Shown one piece after another: positions 46,863 through 56,803 of a stretch of DNA of 64,000 nt (position 1 is its first letter; the number at the start of each line of letters is the position of its first letter). Origin of the DNA: Dehalococcoidia bacterium (GTDB lineage Bacteria > Chloroflexota > Dehalococcoidia > UBA2979); NCBI GenBank assembly GCA_009692705.1, contig SHYR01000002.1:20568-84567 (forward strand), given 5' to 3'. The notes under the pieces are model-generated. The model ran no database searches, had not been told where the DNA came from, and saw only the letters and a program-made list of their open reading frames with translations. Both the position numbers and the translations under genes were made by a program.

Positions 46863-47993
46863 GTGCCGGTGCCAGCCTCCATCCCGTTCGGCCCCGAGCA
46901 GCTCGACGCCCAGTGGCTGACCGAGGCGCTGCGCGAAGGCGGCGCGCTGCGCGACGCCGCCGTGCGGGAGGCTACGATCGAGCGCATCGGCGCGCAGCAG
47001 GCCTTCGCCGGCCAGACCGTGCGCGTGCGTTTGGCCTACGACCGCGAGGAGCCCGCCGCGCCTCGCACGCTCGTCGCCAAGTTTCCCGCCGCCGACGCGA
47101 CGCTGCGCCGCGCGCTGGCCGGGCTGCGCTGGTACGAGAGCGAGCTGCGCTTCTACGATCAGCTCGCGGCCCGCTCGGCGATCCGCACGCCGCAGCGGTT
47201 GTTCAGCGCCATGGACCGCGCCCGCGGCGAGTACGTGCTGCTGCTGGAGGAGGTGACCGCTGGCCCCGTCGGCGACCAGCTCGCCGGCGCGAGCGCCGAG
47301 CAGGCGCGCATCGTGGTGCAGCAGCTCGCGCGCTTCCACGCCGGCTGGTGGGCGGACCCGCGCCTCAATGCGCTCGGCTGGCTCGCCGTGGGTGCGGTGC
47401 GCCGCGCGCAGGGCGCCGAGGGCTGGCAGCAGTACTACGGTCGGGCGTGGCCGGCGGTGCGTCCGGTGGCGCGCGCGCTGCTTGCGGCGGGCGAGTTCGA
47501 GCGCCTGGATGCCATCGCCGGGCGGCTCGTCTGCTGCTACGCGAGCATCGTGCGCGCGAGCGCGGAGCCGCCGCGCACGCTGCTGCATGGCGACTGCCGC
47601 CTCGACAACGTCTTCTTCCCCGCGGATCGCTCGCCGCCAGTGTTCATCGACTTCCAGCTGCTGTCCCGCGCACGCGGTCCCTACGACCTCGCGTACTTCC
47701 TCGGCACCAACTTAGAGCCCACGCTGCGCCGGCAACTGGAGGACGAGCTGCTGCGCACGTACCACGCGGCGATCGCGACCGCGGCGGCGGGCGGCTATGA
47801 CCTCGACGCCTGCCGTCGCGACTACCGTCTTGGGCTGCTGCTCGCGTTTGGGTTCTGGGTGCAGAGCGCTGGCGCTGGCACCTTCCCGGCGGCGGCGCGG
47901 CCGCTGCGCGACGTCGCGCTGCGGCGGCTAGCGCTGGCGCTGATCGACCTCGACGCGGAGGCGCTGCTCGCGGAGTTCGAGCGCGCCGGCTAG
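46863..47993 (+). CDS. Phosphotransferase-family protein (APH/EcKL-like kinase fold)
   Basis: The GTG at 46863 follows GAGAGGAG. Kinase catalytic loop LLHGDCRLDNVFF, then IDFQ (Mg-binding Asp). Confidence 0.7.
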   Translation: MPVPASIPFGPEQLDAQWLTEALREGGALRDAAVREATIERIGAQQAFAGQTVRVRLAYDREEPAAPRTLVAKFPAADATLRRALAGLRWYESELRFYDQLAARSAIRTPQRLFSAMDRARGEYVLLLEEVTAGPVGDQLAGASAEQARIVVQQLARFHAGWWADPRLNALGWLAVGAVRRAQGAEGWQQYYGRAWPAVRPVARALLAAGEFERLDAIAGRLVCCYASIVRASAEPPRTLLHGDCRLDNVFFPADRSPPVFIDFQLLSRARGPYDLAYFLGTNLEPTLRRQLEDELLRTYHAAIATAAAGGYDLDACRRDYRLGLLLAFGFWVQSAGAGTFPAAARPLRDVALRRLALALIDLDAEALLAEFERAG

Positions 47994-48036
47994 CTCCCCG
48001 CCTCGCGTGAGACCAGGCGCAACGCCTGCCGGCGGC

Positions 48037-48474
48037 TCAGGGGCCGCGTCGCGGCAGCGTCACCACGGCCGTGCCCTGCAGCGGGCGCTCGCCGCGCGCG
48101 TTCTCCATGTAGACGTCGAGCTTCACGCTCGCCGCGGCCGGGTCCGTGTCCGTGACCAGCGCCACCAGCCGCAGCCCGTCGCCGTGCACGATCGGCCGGC
48201 GAAACGAGATGTCCAGGCTGTCGAGCCGCCCCTCCATGCCGGCCCAGTCCGTGACCAGCCGGCTGATCAGCGCGAAGCTCATCCCGCCTGGCACCATCGG
48301 TCCCTCCGCGCCCACGCGGCGCGCCGCCTCCTCGCTGGCGAAGATCCCGTCGGGGTCCATCCGGCCTGCGCCGGAGGTGGCGGTGAAGAACTGCAACACG
48401 TCCTCGCGGCCCGGCGCGCTGTGCTCCTCGAGCTCGTCGCCGATCTGCACGTCGTCGAAGTAGCGCGCCGGCAC
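48037..48474 (-). CDS. MaoC-like dehydratase subunit (hotdog fold)
   Basis: From the GTG at 48474: FDDVQIGDELEEHSAPG…VPGGMSFALISRLVTDW… It starts directly after the stop of the partner gene. Confidence 0.65.
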   Translation of the reverse strand: MPARYFDDVQIGDELEEHSAPGREDVLQFFTATSGAGRMDPDGIFASEEAARRVGAEGPMVPGGMSFALISRLVTDWAGMEGRLDSLDISFRRPIVHGDGLRLVALVTDTDPAAASVKLDVYMENARGERPLQGTAVVTLPRRGP

Positions 48475-48476
48475 GC

Positions 48477-48950
48477 CTAGACCTCGCGGTGCACGAGCGA
48501 CTGCTCGCTGGCCGCGACGCGCTCGCCGCGCTGGTTGGAGTAGGTCGTGCGCCGGACCACGAACAGCATCGTCCCGCTGCGTCCGGTCTTGGGGTAGATC
48601 TCCTTCACCTGCGTCTTCGCGGTGATGGTGTCGCCCGCCCGTACGGGCGCGAAGCACTCCAGCCGTGAGCCAGCGAACAGCGTGGCGTTGCCGAACTTCA
48701 CCTTCGGGTCCGGTCCCCTGCGCCCGAACGCGAGCGAGGGCAGCAGGCAGGGCGGCGCGATCAGACCGCCGTACGGTCCCGCCTGCGCCGCCCGTGCGTC
48801 GGTGTAGAGCGGGTTGGTCTCCGCGATGGCTGCACAGTAGCCGGCGATCAGCTGCGGTGTGATCGTGACCGACCCCAGTTCCACCTCGACGCCGATCACG
48901 TCGCGGTCGTAGTCGAAGCGCACGCCCGGGTTGGGCCCGGACGTCACCAT
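48477..48950 (-). CDS. FAS1-like dehydratase / MaoC_dehydrat_N subunit
   Basis: ATG at 48950: MVTSGPNPGVRFDYDRDVIGVEVELGSVTITPQLIAGYCAAIAETNPLYTD… This is the typical N-terminal hotdog partner. Confidence 0.65.
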   Translation of the reverse strand: MVTSGPNPGVRFDYDRDVIGVEVELGSVTITPQLIAGYCAAIAETNPLYTDARAAQAGPYGGLIAPPCLLPSLAFGRRGPDPKVKFGNATLFAGSRLECFAPVRAGDTITAKTQVKEIYPKTGRSGTMLFVVRRTTYSNQRGERVAASEQSLVHREV

Positions 48951-49723
48951 GCGTTCCCGCTCTCGCCGGCGTGCACCGCCTGCGGCAAGGTCTCCTCCAC
49001 CCGCAGCGCGTGGTACTCGCCCGCGCGCAGCTCCTCGACCAGGGCCTCGATCGAGGTCACCGGCCGGCGGAACGCGGTCAGGCAGCGGCCGATCGCGTTC
49101 ACGAAGTGCGCGTCGCTGCCGCCGATGCCGCCCAGCCCGTGCGCGCTCGCCAGCGCCGCGGCGCGCGCGTTCTCCGCCACGCTGCTGCCGCCGTTGAGCT
49201 GCTCGAGCGCCTCCACGTGCTCCAGCGAGATGCCGCGCTGCGCCACGTGCTCGGCGATCCCGATGCGCGGCCGGCCCGCGTGCGCGCCGACCGCGAAGCC
49301 GCCGAACTCTCTCGCGGCGCGGAAGACCTCCGCGTACGGCAGCGCCACGTCGGCGAGGTCGAAGGCGCGCGTGAAGCGCGCGTCGATGCCGTAGACCAGC
49401 ACGTGCCCGGCGTCGGTCTCCACCTCCGCGCCCCGCAGCACCGTGACGCCGTACTGCGCGGCGAGCGTGCCGTAGTCCAGACCGGGGTCGAACTGGCGGT
49501 GCTCGGTGAGCACGAAGCCGTCGATGCGGTACCCCTTCCTGCGGCGCGCCACGATCCACTTCAGGTAGCCCTCCACGGTGCCGCCGGCGTCGTCGGACGC
49601 ATCCGTGGAGTGCGCGTGCAGGTCGAGGTAGGAGTGTCCGAGGTGTGCGGGGATGGACGCTCCTCCAGCGCTGGGCCGGGGCCGGGTGGAGCAATTCTTG
49701 CCCGCGCGCTCGAGCGGCGTCAA
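48944..49723 (-). CDS. PHP-domain metal-dependent phosphoesterase
   Basis: YLDLHAHSTDASDD (HxH motif), …LTEHRQF…, …GGSDAHF… The start is unclear. An in-frame TTG at 49723 has no SD, while an ATC at 49654 lies 6 nt after GGAGGA. No ATG or GTG is available upstream of the HxH motif. Confidence 0.6.
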   Translation of the reverse strand: MTPLERAGKNCSTRPRPSAGGASIPAHLGHSYLDLHAHSTDASDDAGGTVEGYLKWIVARRRKGYRIDGFVLTEHRQFDPGLDYGTLAAQYGVTVLRGAEVETDAGHVLVYGIDARFTRAFDLADVALPYAEVFRAAREFGGFAVGAHAGRPRIGIAEHVAQRGISLEHVEALEQLNGGSSVAENARAAALASAHGLGGIGGSDAHFVNAIGRCLTAFRRPVTSIEALVEELRAGEYHALRVEETLPQAVHAGESGNAW

Positions 49724-49740
49724 CGCTGCGCGTTCGGCGG

Positions 49741-51252
49741 TCAGGTGGCCGCCTTGCCGTCTTCCAGTCGCTCGCGCACCACGCGGCGCAGTAGCTTGCC
49801 CGAAGCCGTGCGCGGCAGCGGCTCGCCGCTGACCTCCAGGCGCCGCGGCAGCTTGTACCCCGCGAGCTGCCCGCGCAGCGCTCCCAGCAGCACGGCGGGT
49901 GCAAGCATCGCGCCGGGCGCCGGCACCACCACTGCCGCCACCGCTTGCCCCCACTCGCGGTCGGCGAGCCCCACGACCGCGCACTCGTCGACACCGGGGA
50001 GCGCGAGCAGCGCCGCCTCGACCTCGGCGGGCGAGACGTTCTCGCCGCCGCTCACAATCAGGTCGTCGCGGCGGTCGCCGACGGTGAGATAGCCTTCCGC
50101 GTCGAGCGAGCCGAGATCCCCGGTGCGCAGTGGCTCCCCCGGCGCCCGCGGCGGCGCGCCGAGGTAGCCCGGCGACACCATCGGCCCGGCGACCACGATC
50201 TCGCCGCTCTCATCGGGCGCGGCGACGCGGCCCTCGATCTCCACGCGCACGGTCACACCCTGCAGCGGCAGCCCCGCCGAGCCGAGCTTGCGTCGCGCGT
50301 CGGCGGCGGAAAGCGTCGTCACTTGCGAGGCGGCCTCGGTCAGCCCGTAGCTCTGCAGCACGGTCAGACCGCGTCCGAGCGCGGCTTCCAGTAGCGCGGG
50401 CGTCACCGGCCCGCCCCCCACCAGCACGGCCCGCACGCTGGGTGGGAAGCGCTCGCGGTCCGCGTCCAGCATGCGCTGCAGCATCGTCGGTACGACCGAC
50501 AGCAGCGTCACGCGCTGCGCACGCAGCGCGCGGTTGACGCTCGCGGCGTCGAAGCGCGGGAGCAGCACGGCCGTGGTGCCGTTGATCGCGGAGCGCAGCA
50601 GGATCGACAGCCCGCCGACGTGGAACAGCGGCAGGCACGCCAGCCAGCGGTCCGTCGGGTCCACGCCGAGGTTGCGCGTGGAGCCGGCCGCGCTGGCGGC
50701 GAAGTTGCCGTAGGTCAACAGCACCGCCTTCGGCGCGCCCGCCGTGCCGGAGGTGAAGATCGCGCTGTGCACCGTCGAGTCCTCGAACGCCGGCGGCGCA
50801 TCCGCCGAGGCCCGTCCCGGCGCTGCCGCCTCGGCCGTCCAGCGCGCGTCCTCGGCGCGCAGCAGCGCGACCCCCGCTGCGTGCGCGGCCTCCGCTCCGA
50901 GCGGCGCGTGCTCGGCATCGACGATCGCGGTGCGCGCGTGCGCCGTCCGCAGCTGCGACGCCAGCTCGCCGGCGGTGAGGCGTGCGTTCAGCGGCAGCAG
51001 GATCGCTCTCGCCCGTGGCACGGCGTGCGCGAACACGGCGAATGGCACGCCGTTGCCCGCCAGCAGGGCCACGGGCTCGCCCGCCGCGGCGATCGCTCGC
51101 AGCGCGGCGGCGGCGGCGGCAACGCGCGCTTCAAGCTGCGCGTAGCTCAGCGTCTCGCCCGCGGCCTCCAGCGCTGGGTGCCGGGGGTGCGTGCGGGCCC
51201 GAGTCCACACCCAGTCGGTGTGCGGCGCGGCGCGCGTGGCCGCGTCGCTCAC
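49741..51252 (-). CDS. menE: O-succinylbenzoate-CoA ligase
   Basis: AMP-binding motifs FTSGTAGAPKAV, YGLTE and TGDLG…GDRRDDLIVSGGENV. The GTG at 51252 overlaps the menC stop. Assigned by its men-operon context. Confidence 0.8.
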   Translation of the reverse strand: MSDAATRAAPHTDWVWTRARTHPRHPALEAAGETLSYAQLEARVAAAAAALRAIAAAGEPVALLAGNGVPFAVFAHAVPRARAILLPLNARLTAGELASQLRTAHARTAIVDAEHAPLGAEAAHAAGVALLRAEDARWTAEAAAPGRASADAPPAFEDSTVHSAIFTSGTAGAPKAVLLTYGNFAASAAGSTRNLGVDPTDRWLACLPLFHVGGLSILLRSAINGTTAVLLPRFDAASVNRALRAQRVTLLSVVPTMLQRMLDADRERFPPSVRAVLVGGGPVTPALLEAALGRGLTVLQSYGLTEAASQVTTLSAADARRKLGSAGLPLQGVTVRVEIEGRVAAPDESGEIVVAGPMVSPGYLGAPPRAPGEPLRTGDLGSLDAEGYLTVGDRRDDLIVSGGENVSPAEVEAALLALPGVDECAVVGLADREWGQAVAAVVVPAPGAMLAPAVLLGALRGQLAGYKLPRRLEVSGEPLPRTASGKLLRRVVRERLEDGKAAT

Positions 51253-52367
51253 GCGCGAACCTCGGACCACGGCGCGGTTGCTAGCGCGTCGAGCGCGCCG
51301 GCGTCGAGCTCGACGCCCAGCCCCGGCCCGCGCACCGCCAGCCGGCCCCCGGCCGGCCGCAGCGGCTCCACCACCAGGTCCGCGGCGAGGTGGTCGCCGG
51401 TACCCAGCCCCTGCGCGGCGTCCCACGGCAGCGCGGCGGCGAGGTGCAGCGCGGCGGCGGTGCCGACGCTTGAGTCGAAGCTGGTGGTGGCGAAGCTGCC
51501 GATGCCGCGCTGCGCGGCGCGCTGCGCCAGCGCCAGCGCCGGGCGCGGCCCGCCCAGCAGCATCGGCTTTAGCACCAGCAGGTCGGCCGCGCGCAGCGCC
51601 AGCACGCGGTCGGCCCCCGCTTCGCTCGCGATCGCCTCGTCCGCCGCGATGCGCAACGGCGCGCTCACGCGCAGCCGCGCCAGCGCCTCCACCTCGGCCG
51701 CAGGCACGGGCTGCTCCAGCAACTCGACCCCGAACAGGGCCAGCCGCCGCATCGCCTGGGTGGCGGTGTGCTCGTCCCATGCGCCGTTGGCGTCCAGCCG
51801 CAGCGTCGCGCCGGGGCAGGCGGCGCGCACCGCCGCGACCGTGTCGATGTCGTGGCCAAGGTCGCTGGTGCCCACCTTCAGCTTTAGCACGCCGTAGCCG
51901 GCCGCGGTCGCGGCGCGGGCGTGCGCTGCTACCTCCTCCGCGGTGCCGCCGCCGATCACGGCGTTGACGAGCACGCTGGAGGCCGGGCGCTCCGCCAGCA
52001 GCGCCGCGACCGGCAGGTCGCGGCGCCGCGCCGCGAGGTCGAGCAGCGCCGTGTCGAGTGCGCAGCGCAGCGCGGCCGCGCCCGGGCCGTCCGCGACCGC
52101 GCTCGCTGCGGCGTCGCCGGCGGCCAGCAGCGCGGCGGCATGCCGTGCAAGCAGTCGCAGCACGTCCACGCGCTCGCCGCCACCGAGCGAGGCCGTTGGC
52201 GATGCCTCGCCGATCCCGCTCGCGCCGTCGGTGTCGTGCAACTCCACCAGCACGCCTTCGCGCGCCACCAGCACGCCCGTCGCGGACTCGAAGCGATGGC
52301 GCAGCGGCAGGCGGAACGGCCGCCAGCGTAGCAGCGCGAGGCGGGCGGCGGGCGGCGCGACGCTCAC
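51249..52367 (-). CDS. menC: o-Succinylbenzoate synthase (enolase superfamily, MR/MLE)
   Basis: …LKLKVG… (Lys), RLDANGAW (Asp), LEQPV (Glu), IAADE, LKP. The GTG at 52367 overlaps the menA stop. Confidence 0.8.
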   Translation of the reverse strand: MSVAPPAARLALLRWRPFRLPLRHRFESATGVLVAREGVLVELHDTDGASGIGEASPTASLGGGERVDVLRLLARHAAALLAAGDAAASAVADGPGAAALRCALDTALLDLAARRRDLPVAALLAERPASSVLVNAVIGGGTAEEVAAHARAATAAGYGVLKLKVGTSDLGHDIDTVAAVRAACPGATLRLDANGAWDEHTATQAMRRLALFGVELLEQPVPAAEVEALARLRVSAPLRIAADEAIASEAGADRVLALRAADLLVLKPMLLGGPRPALALAQRAAQRGIGSFATTSFDSSVGTAAALHLAAALPWDAAQGLGTGDHLAADLVVEPLRPAGGRLAVRGPGLGVELDAGALDALATAPWSEVRA

Positions 52368-53296
52368 AGCGTGATGCCGAGCGCCAGCAGCGCCGCGAAC
52401 GCGAGGTGCAGGCGCGCGGTCTCGCGCAGCGCGCGGTTGAGCGAGGGCCCGTCGGCGCGTCGCAGCACGGCGCGCGCGGGCGCGATCGCGAACGGCGCGC
52501 TGAGCCAGGGCAGCAGCACCCACGCCGACAGCGATCCCGCCAGCCACAGCGCCACCACCGCGAGGTACGCCAGCAGCAGCATGGCGACGAACTGCGCGCG
52601 TGCGGCCCGGCGTCCCAGCAGCACCGCCAGTGTGCGCTTGCCGGCGCGCCGGTCGGCCTCCAGATCGCGCACGTTGTTCACCACCAGGATCGCGCTCACG
52701 GTGAGCGCCACCGGCAGCGAGACCGCGAGCGCCTCGTCGGTGACCGTGCCGGCTTGCACGAAATAGGTGCCCGCGACGGCCAGCACGCCGAAGAACGCAA
52801 ACGTGAACAGCTCGCCGAGCCCGCGGTAGCCGTACGGCCAGGGCCCGGCGGTATAGGCGACGGCGGCGAGGATCGACACCGCGCCGATCGCGATCACCGC
52901 CCAGCCGGCCACGAGCGTGAGGTATATCCCCGCCACCGCAGCGAGCGCGAACGCCAGCGCGGCGCCCGCGATCACCGCGCGCGCTGTCAGCAGCCCCTGC
53001 TGCGTCGCGCGCGGCGGGCCCAGGCGCCCTGCGCCGTCCGCGCCGCGGCGGAAGTCGGCGACGTCGTTGGCGAAGTTCGCGCCGACCTGCAGCGCGAGCG
53101 CGCCGAAGAGCGCGGCCAGCGACGGCGCGAACTTGAAGCTGTCGTCACGCAGCGCGAGGCCCACGCCCACCAGCACCGGCGCGACCGCTGCCGTGAGCGT
53201 GGGCGGGCGCGCCGCGAGCAGCCACGCGCGCACGCCGCCGCGCGCTGGCACGCCCGCGGCGCGGGGAGGGGAGGCGAGTCCGCTCATCGCGCGCAC
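52364..53296 (-). CDS. menA: 1,4-dihydroxy-2-naphthoate polyprenyltransferase
   Basis: UbiA-fold membrane protein with NDVADFRRGAD and NNVRDLEADRRAGKRTLAV (Asp-rich motifs). Confidence 0.85.
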   Translation of the reverse strand: MRAMSGLASPPRAAGVPARGGVRAWLLAARPPTLTAAVAPVLVGVGLALRDDSFKFAPSLAALFGALALQVGANFANDVADFRRGADGAGRLGPPRATQQGLLTARAVIAGAALAFALAAVAGIYLTLVAGWAVIAIGAVSILAAVAYTAGPWPYGYRGLGELFTFAFFGVLAVAGTYFVQAGTVTDEALAVSLPVALTVSAILVVNNVRDLEADRRAGKRTLAVLLGRRAARAQFVAMLLLAYLAVVALWLAGSLSAWVLLPWLSAPFAIAPARAVLRRADGPSLNRALRETARLHLAFAALLALGITL

Positions 53297-53299
53297 CGG

Positions 53300-54118
53300 C
53301 TACGGCAGCCGCGGGAACTGGCCGAAGTTCGGGGCGCGCTTCTCGAGGAAGGCGTTGCGTCCTTCCTTCGCCTCGTCGGTCATGTAGAACAGCGAGGTGG
53401 CGTCGCCGGCGAGCTGCTGCAACCCGGCGAGGCCGTCGGTGTCGGCGAGGAAGGCGGCCTTCAGGAAGCGCAGCGCCGTCGGGCTGTGGCCGAGCATCGT
53501 CCGCGCCCAGCGCACGCCCTCCTCCTCCAGTTGCTCCAGCGGCACGACCGCGTTGATGAGCCCCATCGCCAGCGCCTCGCGGGCGTCGTACTGGCGGCAG
53601 AGGTACCAGATCTCGCGCGCCTTCTTGTGGCCCACGATGCGCGCCAGCTGCGTCGCGCCGAAACCGGCGTCGAAGGAGCCGACGCGCGGGCCGGTCTGGC
53701 CGAAGCGCGCGTTCTCGGCCGCGATCGTGAGGTCGCAGACCACGTGCAGCACGTGGCCGCCGCCGATCGCCCACCCGGCGACCAGCGCAATCACCGGCTT
53801 CGGCAGCGTGCGGATGTAGCGCTGCAGCGGCAGCACGTTGAGTCGCGGCACGCCGTCGTCGCCCACGTAGCCACCCTCGCCGCGCACGCGCTGGTCGCCG
53901 CCCGTGCAGAACGCACGGCCGCCCGCGCCGGTGAGCAGCACCACCCCGATCGTGGGGTCGCGGTGCGCGTCTTCGAACGCCGCCTGCATCTGGTCGAGCG
54001 TCTGCGGCCGGAAGGCGTTGTGCACCTCGGGCCGGTTGATCGTGATCTTCGCGATCCCCTCCGCCTTCTCGTACAGGATGTCGCCGTACTGGGCGGCGGC
54101 GCGCCATTCGATGCTCAT
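53300..54118 (-). CDS. menB: 1,4-dihydroxy-2-naphthoyl-CoA synthase
   Basis: The ATG at 54118 follows [32 protein letters not shown]…GGDQRVRG…[17 protein letters not shown]… is crotonase-fold MenB. Confidence 0.9.
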   Translation of the reverse strand: MSIEWRAAAQYGDILYEKAEGIAKITINRPEVHNAFRPQTLDQMQAAFEDAHRDPTIGVVLLTGAGGRAFCTGGDQRVRGEGGYVGDDGVPRLNVLPLQRYIRTLPKPVIALVAGWAIGGGHVLHVVCDLTIAAENARFGQTGPRVGSFDAGFGATQLARIVGHKKAREIWYLCRQYDAREALAMGLINAVVPLEQLEEEGVRWARTMLGHSPTALRFLKAAFLADTDGLAGLQQLAGDATSLFYMTDEAKEGRNAFLEKRAPNFGQFPRLP

Positions 54119-54164
54119 CGCGTCCTCCTTGCAGCCGGGGCCGGGGGCAGTGCCCCCCCGCGGC

Positions 54165-55016
54165 TCAACGCTCCGCGCTCGCCCGCGCGGCGCGGTGCGC
54201 GCCGTATACCTGTCGCAGGAACGCCAGCACGCGCTCGCCAAACTCGCGCGGCCGCTCCACGTGCGCGGCGTGTCCAGCGCCCTCGATCACCTGCATCGTA
54301 GCGTCGGGCAGCGCCTGCGCCATCTCGCGCGCGATCGCCGTGTAGCGGGCGTCGAGCGCCCCTGCGAGCAGCAGCGCCGGCACGCGCACCGCGCCGAGGC
54401 GGCCGTGCAGCGGCTCCTGCGCGCCGGCGCCCATGCCGCGCAGGCTGTTGGCCAGCCCGGTCGCGCGGTTCGCCAGCCGCCCGGCGCGGATCGCGGCGCG
54501 CGTCGCCGTGGGCAGCGCCGCCTGCGTGGCGAACAGCGGCTGCGCCTCCCACTCGTCGACGAAGGCGGGCACGCCGTCGCGCTCGATGCGCTGCGCCAGC
54601 GCTTCGTCGCTCGCCACGCGCCGGGCGCGCTCGGCGGCGTCCGCCAGCCCGGGCGAGGCACCCTCCAGCACCAGCGCGCTCACCGCCTCGGAGCGGTGCA
54701 CCGCCACCTGCAGCGCGACCCGCCCCCCCATCGAGTAGCCGAGCCAGGCCGCGCGCTCGTGGCCGCAAGCGCGCAGCAGCGCCACGAGGTCGTCGACGGC
54801 GCGCCGCATGCGGTAGCGCTCCGGCGCCGCGGGGGCATCGGAGGCGCCGTGCCCGACGATCTCCATCGCCAGCGTGGTGAACTCAGGCGCGAGCTGCGCG
54901 GCGAGCGCGGACCAGCCGCCGGCGTCGCCGGTGAAGCCGTGCAGCAGAACCAGCGGTGGCCCCTCGCCGGCGCGCTCGACGTTCAGGGCGAGGCCGTCGA
55001 GTTCGACGCGGCTCAC
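54165..55016 (-). CDS. menH: SHCHC synthase (alpha/beta hydrolase)
   Basis: [11 protein letters not shown], nucleophile elbow GYSMGG, and …GAGHAAHVE. The GTG at 55016 overlaps the menD stop. Confidence 0.8.
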   Translation of the reverse strand: MSRVELDGLALNVERAGEGPPLVLLHGFTGDAGGWSALAAQLAPEFTTLAMEIVGHGASDAPAAPERYRMRRAVDDLVALLRACGHERAAWLGYSMGGRVALQVAVHRSEAVSALVLEGASPGLADAAERARRVASDEALAQRIERDGVPAFVDEWEAQPLFATQAALPTATRAAIRAGRLANRATGLANSLRGMGAGAQEPLHGRLGAVRVPALLLAGALDARYTAIAREMAQALPDATMQVIEGAGHAAHVERPREFGERVLAFLRQVYGAHRAARASAER

Positions 55017-56752
55017 GCGCGCGCCTCGGCGCAGCCACGCACCGCCTCCTGCACCCGCCGCTGCACCTCGCGGTGCAGCTCGACGTTGCGCGTCCGCTCG
55101 GTGCGCAGCTCGAGCACCGTGAGGCCGCCGGCGGCGACGGCGCGCGCGATCGGCTCGCGCCAGCCCCCGCTGCCTTCGAGGTGCTCGAAGCGACCGCCGT
55201 GCATCTCGACCGCGCCCCGGAAGTCGAGCCCGTGCGGGGTGCCGAACCACGGCTCGAACTGATCGGGCGCCACCTCCGCTTGCGGCAGGAAGTTGAAGAT
55301 GCCGCCGCCGTTGTTGTGCACGAGCAGCACCACGAGGTCGAGGCCGTAGCGGCGCAGCGGCCACAACCCGTTGAGGTCGTGGAAGAACGAGAGATCGCCG
55401 ATCAGCAGCCCCACCGGGCCGCCGCGCGCCGCCGCCGCCCCGGCCGCCGAGGACACCACGCCGTCGATGCCCGACGCCCCACGCGTGCCCTCGATACGCA
55501 GATCGCGCGCGAGCGCCGGCAGGAACGAGTCGACGTCGCGCACCGCCATCGAGTTGCCGGCCACCAGCGTCGATCCCTCCGGCAGCGCCGCCGCGAGCTC
55601 CACCGGCGCGCGGCCCTCGAACGGCTCGTCCAGCGCATCGAGCGCGGCGCGCAGCGCTCCCCGCGCCGCCTGGTTCGCCGCCGACCAGCGCGCGCCCCAG
55701 GCGGGGTCCGGCCGCGCCGCGCCGTCGAGTCGCGGCAGCAGCGCCGCGCAGAGCGCGGCGGGGTCGGCGCGCAGCATCGCCGTGGCGGTGACATCCGGGT
55801 CGCGCCAGCCGCCGGCAACATCCACGACGTACTGCCGCGCCTCCGGCAGCGCCGCCAGCCAGCCGTTGAGCGGCTTCGAGGTGGGGGCGGCGCCGAAGCG
55901 CAGCACCACCTGCGGGCGCGCGCCCGCCGTGAACTCGGGGTCGCGCACCAGCGCGTCGTAGCTCTCCACCACCGCGCTCAGGTCGTGCTGCCCGACGCGC
56001 AGGCCGGAGAGCGGGTCGGCGAGCACCGGCCAGGCGAGCGCGGCGGCGAGCGCTGCGATCGCGCGCGCGGGCAGGGCAGGGGACTGCGGCCCGCAGACGA
56101 TCAGCCCACGACGGCCCGGCAGCTCACGCGCCAGCTGCGCCAGCGCCGCCTCGGGCGGCGGCTGCGGCGCGCGCGTCACCGGCTCCATGGTCTCGATCGC
56201 GGGCTCGGGAATGCGCGGCCCCACTAGCGGCTCGCGGAAGGGGAAGTTGAGGTGCACCGGCCCCGCGGGCGGTCCCAGCGCGAGTTCGACGGCGCGCGCC
56301 GCAGTCGCACGCGCGTGGCGCTCCAGCGCTTCGCTGCCGTCGGCGAGCGGCAGCTCGGCGGCCCAGCGCACGTGGCTGCCGTAGAGGCGCAGCTGGTCGA
56401 TCGTCTGCGCGGCGCCGTTCTCGCGCAGCTCCGGCGGCCGGTCGGCGGTGATCACCACCAGCGGCTGGCGGGAGAGCGAGCCCTCCACGACGGCGGGCAG
56501 GAAGTTCGCGGCCGCGGTGCCTGAGGTGCACAGCAGCGCCACCGGCGCCCCAAGCTGCCGGGCGAGGCCGAGCGCGAAGTAGCCCGCCGAGCGCTCGTCG
56601 AGGTGTAGCCAGCAGCGGAAGGCGGGATCGCGCGTGAACGCGAGCGTGAGCGGGGCGGAGCGAGATCCCGGGCAGATGATGACGTGCGACACCCCGCTGT
56701 GCCGCAGCTGCACGGTGAAGCCCCGCACCAAGCGGTCGGTCTCTGTTGGCAC
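55013..56752 (-). CDS. menD: SEPHCHC synthase (ThDP-dependent)
   Basis: …ICPGSRSAPLT…, LCTSGTAAANFLPAVVE, and the ThDP motif GDLSFFHDLNGL…NNGGGIF. Confidence 0.9.
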   Translation of the reverse strand: MPTETDRLVRGFTVQLRHSGVSHVIICPGSRSAPLTLAFTRDPAFRCWLHLDERSAGYFALGLARQLGAPVALLCTSGTAAANFLPAVVEGSLSRQPLVVITADRPPELRENGAAQTIDQLRLYGSHVRWAAELPLADGSEALERHARATAARAVELALGPPAGPVHLNFPFREPLVGPRIPEPAIETMEPVTRAPQPPPEAALAQLARELPGRRGLIVCGPQSPALPARAIAALAAALAWPVLADPLSGLRVGQHDLSAVVESYDALVRDPEFTAGARPQVVLRFGAAPTSKPLNGWLAALPEARQYVVDVAGGWRDPDVTATAMLRADPAALCAALLPRLDGAARPDPAWGARWSAANQAARGALRAALDALDEPFEGRAPVELAAALPEGSTLVAGNSMAVRDVDSFLPALARDLRIEGTRGASGIDGVVSSAAGAAAARGGPVGLLIGDLSFFHDLNGLWPLRRYGLDLVVLLVHNNGGGIFNFLPQAEVAPDQFEPWFGTPHGLDFRGAVEMHGGRFEHLEGSGGWREPIARAVAAGGLTVLELRTERTRNVELHREVQRRVQEAVRGCAEARA

Positions 56753-56803
56753 TGTTGCCCCTTGGCGTGTTCGAAGCGCCGGCGGGTCCCGCGCGGGGGT
56801 GGG

